Below are positions 52,125 to 63,945 of a DNA stretch of 64,000 nt, one piece after another (the stretch's first letter is position 1; every line of letters starts with the position of its first letter). Source of the stretch: Octopus sinensis (lineage: Eukaryota); NCBI RefSeq assembly GCF_006345805.1, contig NC_043000.1:142786001-142850000 (forward strand). Reading direction: 5' to 3'. A program made the position numbers and the translations under genes. Below the pieces are notes generated by a model that was not told where the DNA came from, made no database searches, and saw only the letters and a list, made by a program, of their open reading frames with translations.

Positions 52125-52376
52125 TACACACACACATATTTATATATAAATATATGCATGCATATATATATATACATATTCGTGTGTGTGTGTTTGCATG
52201 TGCATGTATATGTAAAATATATAGGAATAGATAGATAGATGGATATATATATACATATACATATATATCATCATCATCATCATTGTTTAACATACATCTA
52301 CCATTCCTGGCTTATATATCTATGTGTATATGTATATGTGTGTGTGTATGTGTGTAAGTATTATATATATATATAT

Positions 52377-52408
<32 letters not shown>

Positions 52409-52538
52409 ATAGATAGATAGATAGATAGATAGGTATATATACATACACACATGCATATATGTATGTATATATATATATGCATATATGTATATACATACAT
52501 GCATATATGTATATACATATATGCATATATATACATAT

Positions 52539-52582
<44 letters not shown>

Positions 52583-53144
52583 GTATATATACATACACAC
52601 ATGCACATATATACACACATGCATATATGTATATACATATATGTATACATGCATATATATATATGCATATATACATGTGCATATATATATACATATATAC
52701 ACATATGTGCACACGTGTGTGTGTGTGTGTACAAGGTAGCTATGGCAAATACTTCAAGCAGTATTATAGATTTAAAAAAAAAAACATTAATGCTGCATCA
52801 TAAAAGATTAGGCAAAACCCATAGCCATTAGAATTAGATGGTGAAAAACTTCATTCCATTAACTGTCCTAGGAACAATGCAAAGTAAGATTATTGATTTG
52901 AATTAATATACCTTGTATATAATGTTATTTCCTTCTTTATTTTTACCAGACCCCAGTTTAAAAAGAAGTAACAATTACAGAAAATCACCTATGACACATA
53001 AAGGAATAAATTTCTAAAACTTGTTTTCTATAGATCATATAGACTAGTTTCTTTACTTATTATAAAATGAGATTCATTGTATCAATATTCAAAACTCTGC
53101 ATGTGTGTGTGTGTTTGTGTGTGTGTGTGTTTGTGTGTGTGTGT

Positions 53145-53178
<34 letters not shown>

Positions 53179-53183
<5 letters not shown>

Positions 53184-53655
53184 TTATCTATATGTATATT
53201 TTTATAAATATATATATATATATGCTCTTATATAACAGGTATGTGTGAGTGAGCGTTCGTATGTGTGTGTCTGAGAAAGAGTGTGTTAACAGAAACTTAA
53301 TATAACATATGTGTGTGTGTGTGTGTGTGTAGACATATATAGACACAAATACACACATATGTATACATGCAATATAGGTGTGTAGTTGTTGTGTGTGTGT
53401 GTATGTGTGTGTGTGTATTTATATATATGTATATTTTTATAAACATATATATGCTCTTATATAACAGGTATGTGTGAGTGTTTGTATGTGTGTGTCTGAG
53501 AAAGAGTGTGTTAACAAAAATTTAATATAACATCATATGTGCATGTGTGTGTATATGTGTGTGTATGTGTACGTGTGTGCGTGTGTGTGTAGACATATAT
53601 AGACACAAATACACACATATTTATACATGCAATATATGTGTGTAGTTGTTGTTGT
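53179..53655 (+). repeat. ~230-bp tandem duplication bounded by (TG)n
   Basis: GCTCTTATATAACAGGTATG...CTGAGAAAGAGTGTGTTAAC...GTAGACATATATAGACAC occurs twice. Confidence 0.85.
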
Positions 53656-54064
53656 TGTATGTTTCTGTTTAAACAATGAGGGAAAAAAACATTAGGCAAA
53701 GCACTCAACGTATAGGTACAGAGTATTTCGTTTTTAGGAACCCAGTGCTTCTTAGAATACTACTCTCATTTCCTCACCAGAGTTTCTTAAAGTGCATTAG
53801 ATTTGATAGAAGTTCAAGACATATGTCAGCGGACAGGATAGGATTTCAATAGGAGGTGGTAGTTGTCAGTTGTAATAGTGGACTAATAAACGGTCATCTA
53901 GTACATATTGAAGTCAATGGGAGGTAGCTCAAAGAAAAGAGGAACACAGGTAGGCTGAGTTTACCCCATCACACCTAGTTAGAAACATGCAATAACTCTG
54001 TGAGGTATGTAGATATAGTGGCCTAATCCTTTATTCCGTGACTTAAGAATGTGTCCCTATTCCC

Positions 54065-54368
54065 TTGTTTGTTCCTTCTCGAACCACGCCTGGCTCATAA
54101 GGGCCGATTTCCTAGTTTCCTTGGCGTATAGGTTCCCCACCTGGACGGGACGCCGGTCCGTCGCAGGTGAGCTACAAGATGGAGGAGGAAAGAGTGAGAG
54201 AAAGTTGTGGCAAAAGTGTCAGCAGAAGTTCACCATTACCTTCTGCCAGAGCCGCTCGGAGCTTAGGTGTTTCGCTCATAAAAACACACATCACCCGGTC
54301 TGAGATTCGAACCTGCTATCCCTCGACCGTGAGTCCACTGTTCTAACCACTAGGCCAAGTGCCTCCAC
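54065..54368 (-). mobile_element. SINE with C-like head and a third tail type
   Basis: tRNA-like head; GACGGACCGGCGTCCCGTCCAGG domain; GAGAAGGAACAAACAA end. Confidence 0.8.
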
Positions 54369-54391
54369 TCACTATTCCCTTGCTTTTTCCC

Positions 54392-55111
54392 CTAAGGTTC
54401 TCAACCACTGTTTTCATCAGTGGACCCCTTTGATTACTATTTTATTCTGGTGGACCCCATAGCCATTTGATGCTTAAAAAACTAGTTTTATAAAAACTTC
54501 TTTCAAAATTCCAATTTTGTTCTTCACATTTTAACTTGTGAATGTTGAACTCTTTACTCTCTTTTACTCTTTTACTTGTTTCCGTCATTTGACTGCGGCC
54601 ATGCAGGAGCACCACCTTTAGTTGAGCTAAATGACCCCAAGACTTAGTCTTTGTAAACCTAGTACTTATTCTATTGGTCTTTTGCTGAACCTCTAAGTCA
54701 TGGGGAGATAAACACACCAGCATCTGTTGTCAAGCGATGTTAGGGAGACAAACACAGACACATATACTTATATATATATGTATACAAATCCATCATTTTT
54801 TGCTAAAATGTCTTATTGACGAGTTTCACTTTTTTCACTTTCCTGAGGAGAAGATTGCATTGTTTATACCATTTATTCTTTTGAATAGTATCAGTGGAAT
54901 TTTCGAAACATGTGTCGAAAGTAAAAATATTTGTTTACACCTGCGTTAACTCCATTTTTTATTCATATTATTCAAAATATTCAACGTAAACACGAATTTT
55001 CTACCTTTATAAACAAGGAGTTACAACACCTTTACTTGTGAGATTTTTGCTGCCCTGGTAACTATTTATTTATTTTTCCATGTTAATTGTTAACAAGGTA
55101 AAAATACACTC

Positions 55112-55168
<57 letters not shown>

Positions 55169-55525
55169 TACATATATATATATACACGTATAAATATACG
55201 ACAGGCTTCTTTCAGTTTCCATCTACCAAATCCTCTCACAAGACTTTGGTCAGCCTGAGGCTATAGTAGAAGACACTTGCCCAAGCTGCCATGCAGTGGG
55301 ACTGAACCTGGAACCATGTGACTGGTAAGTAAGCTACTTATCATACAGCCATGTAAAATACTTGAGACAGAAACCTAGCTATTTCTTGCAATACATACCA
55401 ACACATACAACTAAACCAACATTTTTTTCAGCCCTTAAGATACTATTGTGGATCCCCAATTTACTATTTCTTGTGTGAGCCCCTAAAAATCTAGGAACCA
55501 TATGAACCCTAGTTGAGAATCACTG
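54392..55525. mobile_element. hAT-like non-autonomous element containing a nested, split SINE B (54550-54780 and 55200-55352, minus)
   Basis: Ends CTAAGGTTCTCAAC / GTTGAGAATCACTG resemble CAGTGGTTCTCAAC TIRs; subterminal GTGGA(C/T)CCC repeats; TSD not evident. Confidence 0.55.
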
Positions 55526-55729
55526 TCCAAATCTAAATGTTGTAGACAGTCCTGACCTCCTTCTCACTACACAAACACTGACAACTCATTATGTCTCTTT
55601 TTTCTACCACCTATCATGCTCTTTAGTTCTTCCTTTCCTTTACCTGCCCACATCCCACTTTAATATCTAAGTGACCAGCCACTTGGTAGATTATTCCTAC
55701 CATCCTTGCATCCTCCCATCGAAACTGTA

Positions 55730-56075
55730 TTCGGCATGTAAAAAGCACCATCCGAACGTGGCTGATGCTGTCACCACCTTGACTGGTTTCCGTGCCAGTG
55801 GCACATAAAAAGCACCAATCAATTGTGGCCATTGCCAGCCTCACCTAGCACCTGTGCTGGTAGCACTTAAAAGGCACCCACTACACTCACGGAGTGGTTG
55901 GCATTAGGAAGGGCATCCAACTGTAGAAACACTGTCAGATCAGACTAGAGCCTGGTGCAGCCTCCTGGCTTCTCAGACCCCGGTTGAACCGTCCAACCCA
56001 TGCTAGCATAGAAAACAGACGTTAACCGATGATGATGATGATGATGATGATGAGGATGATGATGATGATGATGAT
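55730..56075 (+). mobile_element. RTE-related 3' UTR fragment with (GAT)n tail
   Basis: Three GGCA..TAAAA(A/G)GCACC repeats, GGCATTAGGAAGGGCATCC, then (GAT)n. Confidence 0.7.
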
Positions 56076-57009
56076 AAATCCTAAAATATTCCCATAATCT
56101 TTAAAAACAGACTAAAGTGTATTCAATTTCCAAGACCAAACACTGTCCAGTGCTCTATAGCCCTCCTAATATCTCAAAGGTGATGGAATCTCAGCCAAGC
56201 AACACTCTTCTATAATGCTATGAATACTTGCACTGTTCTGTATTTCAGATTTACTGTAGATATGCTCTCCTTTGTCACTCACTGGTGAGCTTTTTCCCTC
56301 AAAAATTTGGCGAAAATAGAAACACTGATTTCCATATTAGTGCAGCTATTGACATTATATAGCATGCAAGTATACTGTAAAAACTACCTGCCAATGAGCT
56401 CCATTCTGTCCCCCTCTATTTTCAACCTGTGCAACAATATTCTACTTGCCATCAATTTTGACAATGTCACATTCTACACAGATGACTATATTTTCTCCCA
56501 CCTTGACCTTTTATATCCAAGTGTCATCCACTTGTAACAAACACACCTGGTGTTAAATCTGCACTGATTCTCATTACCATCATCATTATCAGTTAACATC
56601 CATGTTCCATGTTGCTATGAGTTTGACAGTTTGACAGGAACTGACCAGTCAAAGAACTGCCTGGGCTTCATGTCTATTTTGGCATGGTTTCTATGGTTGG
56701 ATGCCTTTCCCAATGCTAACCACTGTAGATAATGTACTTGGCGTTTTTATGTGGCACTGACACAAGTGCAAAACATAATTAGTTCAGGTCATGACAGTCT
56801 TGCCTCATTCAGCAGGAAAATCACAATCACTACACATATCAAGAAAACTCTATTGTATTCTCAGTAAACACAAGTAACACACAACAAGAGTCATCAGAGT
56901 TGCTTGAAATGTACAGCCTACAGTCACTGATCATCTCTCCTTGAGAACACCACAAATCTTTGGCATTTCAAAAACTACATCTAAAAGACAGGCATATTTT
57001 TTTTATGAA

Positions 57010-57268
57010 TAAATAAATGCGCCCTTTGAAAGCCTAGCCAGGCTTCATGGGCCCAGTTTTCCAGTTTCAGTGGCATATGTGTTCCCCAGCTGGATGGGAC
57101 GCCAGTTCATCGCAGTGTTACTCATTTTTGCCAGCTGAGTGGACTGGAGCAACGTGAAATGAAGTGTTTTGCTCAAGAACACAACGCGTCGCCTGGTCCA
57201 GGAATCGAAACCACAATCTTTACGATCATGATGCTGACACTCTAACCACTAATCCACGTGCCTCCACG
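57010..57268 (-). mobile_element. tRNA-derived SINE with a V-domain-like body
   Basis: Head GTGGAGGCACGTGG..AGTGGTTAGAG; GCGATGAACTGGCGTCCCATCCAG. Confidence 0.8.
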
Positions 57269-58089
57269 CATTTTTTCTTCAGTGCAAGAAAATATTTTAG
57301 CCCATCAAATTGTTGTTCTCTATCAATCAAAGGTGAATTTCGCATTGGAGTACTCTTGCCACTCCAAGGCTAGTGATATTGTATCTTAATCAGTCAATGC
57401 AACAACTAGAGTAAGGTCACTCAACTGAGTGACATGAAGTCATTTATAACACACTACTACAACCAGCTCACAGATAGGCTGACTTTTCACCCAGGCTTTT
57501 CTACATTCTGTAAACATACTTGGCTAACCATTCAGTAGTGTGAAAGAGTATTTTTCAGACTCTAAATAGTTTTGACTAACTCACCCAAATATTACATAAA
57601 TTTATGTCTAATATTTTGCCTTCTCTTAATATTATTATCATTGTGACGGAGATGTACTTGCATAGCAAGTGACCTGATCTCAGATAGTGTGCTGGAACGG
57701 AAACAATTGCAGCGTGGAAGGTATTTATATGCCATTTAAGAAACACACAAAAAAAAATAAAACGTTAGATTCACTTCAACATTTAAATTTAATTTGTCAA
57801 AATATTTTTGTCGCTTTGAGACTGCGACCTGTTCACTGACAAAATTCGTGCTGCATCGCTTATCATTGTGTTTCCTCATAAACACATCTCAATCTTTGTA
57901 TTTTATGCAACATTGTAACAATGTTTTACCAGTATTATTTTTAGAGAATTTAATACATAAAACAGTGAAAATACAATATTCTTGAATTTGATCAACAATA
58001 TGTATTTGGTTAGACTTTCCTTGAAGATTTGACTCAGGTGTGTTGTTTATTAGAACTTTATACAATTAATTGAATTACATATGTTTGTG

Positions 58090-58880
58090 CACAGGAGTGG
58101 CTGTGTGGTAAGTAGCTTGCTTACCATCCACATCGTTCCGGGTTCAGTCCCACTGCGTTGCACCTTGGGCAAGTGTCTTCTGCTATTGCCTCGGGCTGAC
58201 CAAAGCCTTGGGAGTGTATTTGGTACTTATTCCATTGGTCTCTTTTGCCGAACCGCTAAGTTATGGGGACGTAAACACACCAGCATCGGTTGTCAAGTGA
58301 TGTTGGAGGGACAAACACATACACACAAACACACACACATATATATATATACATATATATGATGGGCTTCTTTCAGTTTCTGTCATATATATATATATAT
58401 ATGTGATAAATAAAAATATATGCATGCATACAAAACATATATGTACGTACCTACATCTACATGTATATATACATGCATATATAAATAATTATACGTGAGT
58501 ACAGGACACCACAACAAGACGTAGAAACGGGAAAAACAAGAAAACAGTTACAGGGCGTGCTACACAAGGAAAACACCCCCGTCATCAGCTGTCACTAGTA
58601 GACTCAAGCGTGTTTCGAAGGCAAGACAGAACACTAATCCATATATATATATATGTGTGTGTTTGTGTTTGTGTGTCTGTGTTTGTCCCTCCAACATCAC
58701 TTGACAACCAATGCTGATGTGTTTACATCCCCGTAACTTAGCAGCTCAGCAAGAGACTGATGGAATAAGTACTAGGCTTACAAAGAATAGACTCCTGGAG
58801 TCTATTTGCTCAACTAAAGGCAGTGCTCCAGCATGGCCACAGTCAAATGACTGAAACAAGTCAAAAGAGTAAAAAGAGAG
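58090..58880. mobile_element. Rearranged SINE family B: head (+), middle (-), unrelated insert, 3' half (+)
   Basis: Strand switch at ~58222; see findings. Confidence 0.8.
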
Positions 58881-58987
58881 AGCGATATATATACATATAT
58901 ACACACACACCCATGTGCACATGTGTAAATATACATGAATGATTCTATGCCGGCATATGTGAATGCATATCTGTATAGATTTGGTAC

Positions 58988-59077
58988 CTTCTATAAGGTC
59001 ATCAGCAGATGCCACTCTGCTAAATAAATTAACAATGACATCATTAATTTCAATGAGATTTTTTTTGACAAGAGCAG
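58988..59077 (-). CDS. Candidate 90-bp internal exon (phase 1-1): ALVKKNLIEINDVIVNLFSRVASADDLIE
   Basis: GCTTTTCAG| acceptor, AG|GTACC donor, open frame, helical protein-like composition, phase-compatible with the exon at 63903. Confidence 0.55.
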
Positions 59078-59916
59078 CTGAAAAGCATGACCATGCTTTC
59101 AGCTTGATATTGACTAATTTTTTTTTTTTTCTTTGAAATCCCATTGGTCATTGTTCACCAATCGCGTATTATATCAACTTTTGGTGCAAAATCAAATTCT
59201 AGAGACTAATTTTTTTTTTTTCACCGAAAGTAAATAGTTGATTGTTACATTTTTTTTTTTTCATCTGACAGGAAACACTTCCTTGGCTAAATGAATCCAT
59301 TTTTCATGTTGGCCTCAAATTTTTATACCACTATACTTTCTGATTTTCTCATTTTTTGATGTCTCACACTCACACATGCACATACAAACACACACGAGCA
59401 CACACACACACACACATGCAAACACACACACAGACACATACACACACACATGCACACTAATGGCAAAGGAAACTATTTTCCCTTTGATTCAGATTATTAT
59501 ATTTCCACAGTGAACCTTTTCAATTCTATCTATACATACATATCCTGTATTTACCAAGCACACTTTGAAATATATTACAAAGGATGCATTAGTGACTATA
59601 TAGTGTCTTAAGCAGTAGTAATTTACAAAACCAAAATAAACTAGAACATTTTCTGCCCACGTCACATACACTGCCTTTGATATTTTACCTGTAATGTTCA
59701 TTTCTGGAATTTATTTTGTCAATGAAATGAAATGTATAAAGCTTTTGCTTGTTATTTTTCTCAAAAGCTACAACAATCCAATTTCATATAAATACATAGA
59801 CAGACAGACTGCCAGACAGATAGATAAATAGATCAACAGACAGACAAATAGATAAATAGATAGATCGACAGACACACAGACAGAAAGGTAGACCGTCTGA
59901 CAAACCAACAGGCATG

Positions 59917-59972
<56 letters not shown>

Positions 59973-60083
59973 CAGATAGATAGGTAGGTAGGTAGGTAGG
60001 TAGGTAGGTAGGTAGGTAGGTAGGTAGGTAGGTAGGTAGATAGACAGATAGGTAGGTAGATAGATAGATAGATAGATAGATAT

Positions 60084-60750
60084 GTTTCTTTATTAAGGTT
60101 GCACGCAGACTGGACAGATTACAAAATAGAGCTTTTCTTTTTTGGGGAGAGAAAAGAAAAACAAAAAGGTGGGTTAGGTTTTCGATCAAAAGGGATCATA
60201 AATGGGGAGGAAGAAAAAACAGGGGAGGAAGGGAAATAAAACGATCAATAGGGATCATATATCACAGTGTCATGGTGTAAAGTGTGAAGGGTGAAGCAGA
60301 TAAGGTTTATCCATAGGAAGAAAACCCTACGGAAAAGACCACGGTAACCTTGGTCAATGATGTTACATGTTACCACATTTGTTTGCAAGTAGGTAACCCT
60401 CTGTTTTAAATTTTCTGGGTTCATAGGATTACGCTCAAGGTGGCTTCGTCATTCATACATGCCATCCTTGCTACATTCACCCATCTTTTTTTGAAACATT
60501 CGCTAGACAAAACTTGCCTCTCTACTCTCACTTTCCTTTTCAAGTGATACTTGAAAAAGTTGATGAGAGATTGACCAGAGAGGAAAGTGTTTGTCTCTAA
60601 TCCTTTCAAACGTGTCCACCAGATACACCAGATACATTCTTTCGCCATAGCCACAAGGATGATGAAAATAGCTCTTCCTGTTTGAAGGAAGGAGGCGTGA
60701 CAATATTGACAATAGACTCAGCTGATAAACCGACTCGTCCCACATGTAAA
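60084..60750 (-). mobile_element. Tx1/L1-like non-LTR retrotransposon 3' fragment inside (GATA)n
   Basis: AKECIW..WWTRLK...FFKYHLKRKVRVE...FKKRW resembles the Tx1 ORF2 C-terminus; 3' UTR with AATAAA; GATA tracts on both sides. Confidence 0.7.
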
Positions 60751-60832
<82 letters not shown>

Positions 60833-60837
60833 GGATG

Positions 60838-60907
<70 letters not shown>

Positions 60908-61284
60908 CAGATATGCTCTCATGCATTCATTGTAAACTATAGCCAGATTTGTTTACTGGTTATAACATGGAAATTGTATCCATCCTCCATCCATATAGCC
61001 AACAACTTACTGTTGACACAAACATACCATGTGAAACTGAGAAAATTTAGTAAGTCATATTATTTAAAATGAGACACCTGATGAGATGCATTCTGCACTG
61101 GTTGCAGCAACACAACTACTTGTACAATATTGCACCTTCAAGGATCAATTGCGTGATCAATGAAAACAACCATTGTGTTGAATAAAGATTCTTGCAAACC
61201 TCATTTTCCATTTCTCTTATTCATTATATATATATATGATGTGTGCGTGTGTGTATTTGCATGTATGTGAGTATGTGCATATGT

Positions 61285-61436
61285 CTTTTACTCTTTACTC
61301 TTTTACTTGTTTCAGTCATTTGACTGCGGCCATGCTGGAGCACCGCCTTTAGTCGAGCAAATCAACCCCGGGACTTATTCTTTGTAAGCCCAGTACTTAT
61401 TCTATCGGTCTCTTTTGCTGAACCGCTAAGTGACGT
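61285..61436 (-). mobile_element. 3' half of SINE family B
   Basis: Matches the family B tail. Confidence 0.85.
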
Positions 61437-61679
61437 GTATGTATATATATATATATACACACACACATACATACCTATGTACATATATATACAGAGTTTG
61501 ATGGGTAAATTGTTGCCATTTTTAAGTTTTAATTTCACATGTGCCCATTGTTTGTTTTTGATTTTATCAACTACACAATACAGTAGGGTTAGTTGAGCAT
61601 TGTCTGTGAGAAAAACAGCACCATGATGCAATTCACTCTGCCAGAAATTTTGAAACGACATGCTGTACCGCTTGGCATT

Positions 61680-61912
61680 AAGGCGGCGAGCTGGCAGAAA
61701 CGTTAGCACGCCGGGCAAAATGCATAGCCGTATTTCATCTGCCGCTACATTCTGAGTTCAAATTCCGCCGTGGTCGACTTCGTCTTTCATCCTTTCGGGG
61801 TCGATAAATTAAGTACCAGTTACACAGTGGGGTCGATGTAATCGACTTAATCCGTTTGTCTGTCCTTGTTTGTCCCCTCTGTGTTTAGCCCCTTGTGGGT
61901 AGTAAAGAAATA
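61680..61912 (+). mobile_element. SINE family A
   Basis: Full length; GGCATT duplicated at both ends. Confidence 0.9.
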
Positions 61913-62499
61913 GGCATTCATGCTGGAAGCTCCAATACAAACAGATGAAGACACAGAACAACCGTTGGTTTGCTATGTCACCAACACATGTACCGAGAGT
62001 GATCGAGAGGGATAAAAATCAAACATCCACTCAACATCATGATGTTTGGAGTGATCACTAGTGATGGCGATGTTATGCCTCCATTCATCTTTCCACAGTC
62101 TCAGATTCAACACAGAGGCCAGGAGGAGGTAATGCTACCCTGGGTCAAGGGGGTGGCTGCTGGAACACCCTGTGTCTGGCAACAGGACTCTGCACCAAGC
62201 CACACAAGTAGGAGAACACAGTCATGGCTATCAGACAATTTCTACAACCACATCACCCCTAACATCTGGCCACCTAACTCCTCGCACTGCAAACCACTTG
62301 ATTACTTGTGTAGGCTGCATTTGAGTGAGAGACCAACAAATCTCCTTGTTATACCAAAGAAGAACTGAAGGCAAGCATTATGTCAGCATTCCCCAACTTA
62401 AACAAGGAGACCTTCCAGAAGAGTTGCAGAAGATTTCAAACTCGTCTAGAGGCCGTAATTAAAGCCAATAGCGATTTTATTGAATAAATTTACTCTCTC

Positions 62500-62907
62500 T
62501 CTCACTTTTCTCTTTTACTTGTTTCAGTCATTTGACTGCGGCCATGCTGGAGCACCGCCTTTAGTCAAGCAAATCGACCCCGGGACTTATTCTTTGTAAG
62601 CCCAGTACTTATTCTATCGGTCTCTTTTGCCGAACCGCTAAGTGACGGGGACGTAAACACACCAGCATCGGTTGTCAAGCAATGCTAGGGGGACAAACAC
62701 AGACACACAAACACACACACATATATATATATATACATATATACGACAGGCTTCTTTCAGTTTCCGTCTACCAAATCCACTCACAAGGCATTGGTCAGCC
62801 CGGGGCTATAGCAGAAGACACTTGCCCAAGATGCCACGCAGTGGGACTGAACCCGGAACCATGTGGCTGGTAAGCAAGCTACTTACCACACAGCCACTCC
62901 TGCGCCT
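62500..62907 (-). mobile_element. SINE family B
   Basis: Full-length reverse copy. Confidence 0.9.
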
Positions 62908-63156
62908 CTTTAGTATTTCAAGATATTTCTATGTAATCTTGGTAAATATACCTGCTAAAATGAGATGTCAGTGTTATTTTCATTTTGCATGATTTAGACG
63001 ACAATTCATTCACCAGACCCTATGTTTATATTTATATAATTTAAATTTAAAATGAGGGTGAAAAATTGGATATTAATTTCATTAAGATTCAATTTAAAAC
63101 CAGTGGTCTAGCATATTAAAATCTGATGGTTCAGAAAATTGTATTACATACATATC

Positions 63157-63435
63157 AGAGGGATGACTACTATGTGGACAACCCTTATACTAGAAGTAGA
63201 TCCTCTATGGCCTTACCACTAAGGAATGTTCTCAAGAATATTTAGCAAACACCAGAACGTAAGCGAGCAAGACAAATGAAAAGTAAAAAAAATATAGATT
63301 AACCATAAACATGTTTCACTATTAACAGTTAACGTTCTGGTGTTTGCTAAATTTTCTTGAGAACATTCCTTAGTGGTAAGACCATAGCGGATCTACTTCT
63401 AGCATAAGGGTTGTCCACATAGTGGTCATCCCTCT
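63157..63435. repeat. Fold-back element: ~104-bp inverted arms with a ~71-bp spacer
   Basis: 63157-63260 is the reverse complement of 63332-63435 with few mismatches. Confidence 0.9.
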
Positions 63436-63470
63436 CATATGTATATAGATAGATAGATAGATAGGTAGAC

Positions 63471-63526
<56 letters not shown>

Positions 63527-63540
63527 TGATAGATAGATAA

Positions 63541-63875
63541 GTTTCTTTATTGGCCACACAGGGCTGCACACAGATGGGACAAATTACAAGGTAGAGCTTT
63601 TCTTTTGGGGGATGAAAAAAAAATGTGGCGTAGATTTTCGATCAAAAGGGATTGTAAAAGGGAAAAAAAAGAAGAAAAAAAGGGAAAGAAACAAAAGAAA
63701 AGAAAAAAGAAAAAAAAGAGAAAAAAGGGGAAGAGGAAAAAAAAACGATCAATAGGGATCGTGTATCACAGTGTCATGATGTACGGTGTAAAGGGGGAAG
63801 CAGATAAGGTTTATCCGCAGGAAGAAGAGCCTACGAAAAAGACCACGGTAACCTCGGTCAATATTGTTATATGTT
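63541..63875 (-). mobile_element. Second, shorter copy of the Tx1-like 3' UTR inside (GATA)n
   Basis: Aligns to 60084-60370; GATA repeats on both sides. Confidence 0.75.
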
Positions 63876-63902
63876 AGATAGATAGATGACTGTTTGACAG
63901 AC

Positions 63903-63945
63903 CTTTATGTGAAACACTGAGAAACAGTTTGTGAAGCTTTTTCAG
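63903..63945 (-). CDS. Candidate 43-bp exon (phase 0-1): LKKLHKLFLSVSHK
   Basis: Strong acceptor TTTTTTATTGCAG| and donor AAG|GTCTG; joins in frame to 59077. Confidence 0.5.

Larger units (their letters stand above)
61492..63022 (+). mobile_element. Decayed Tc1/mariner-superfamily transposon with two nested SINEs
   Basis: MMFGVITSDGDVMPPFIF, WQQDSAPSH and WPPNSSHCKPLDY motifs; degenerate TIRs at both ends. Confidence 0.8.

Noticed and set aside
58575-58625. Permuted GAAAC...CTGATGA motif on the minus strand
   Set aside because: I could not build consistent stems or a cleavage triplet.
63605-63877. Lys-rich 90-aa ORF
   Set aside because: Antisense reading of the T-rich 3' UTR of the Tx1-like copy.
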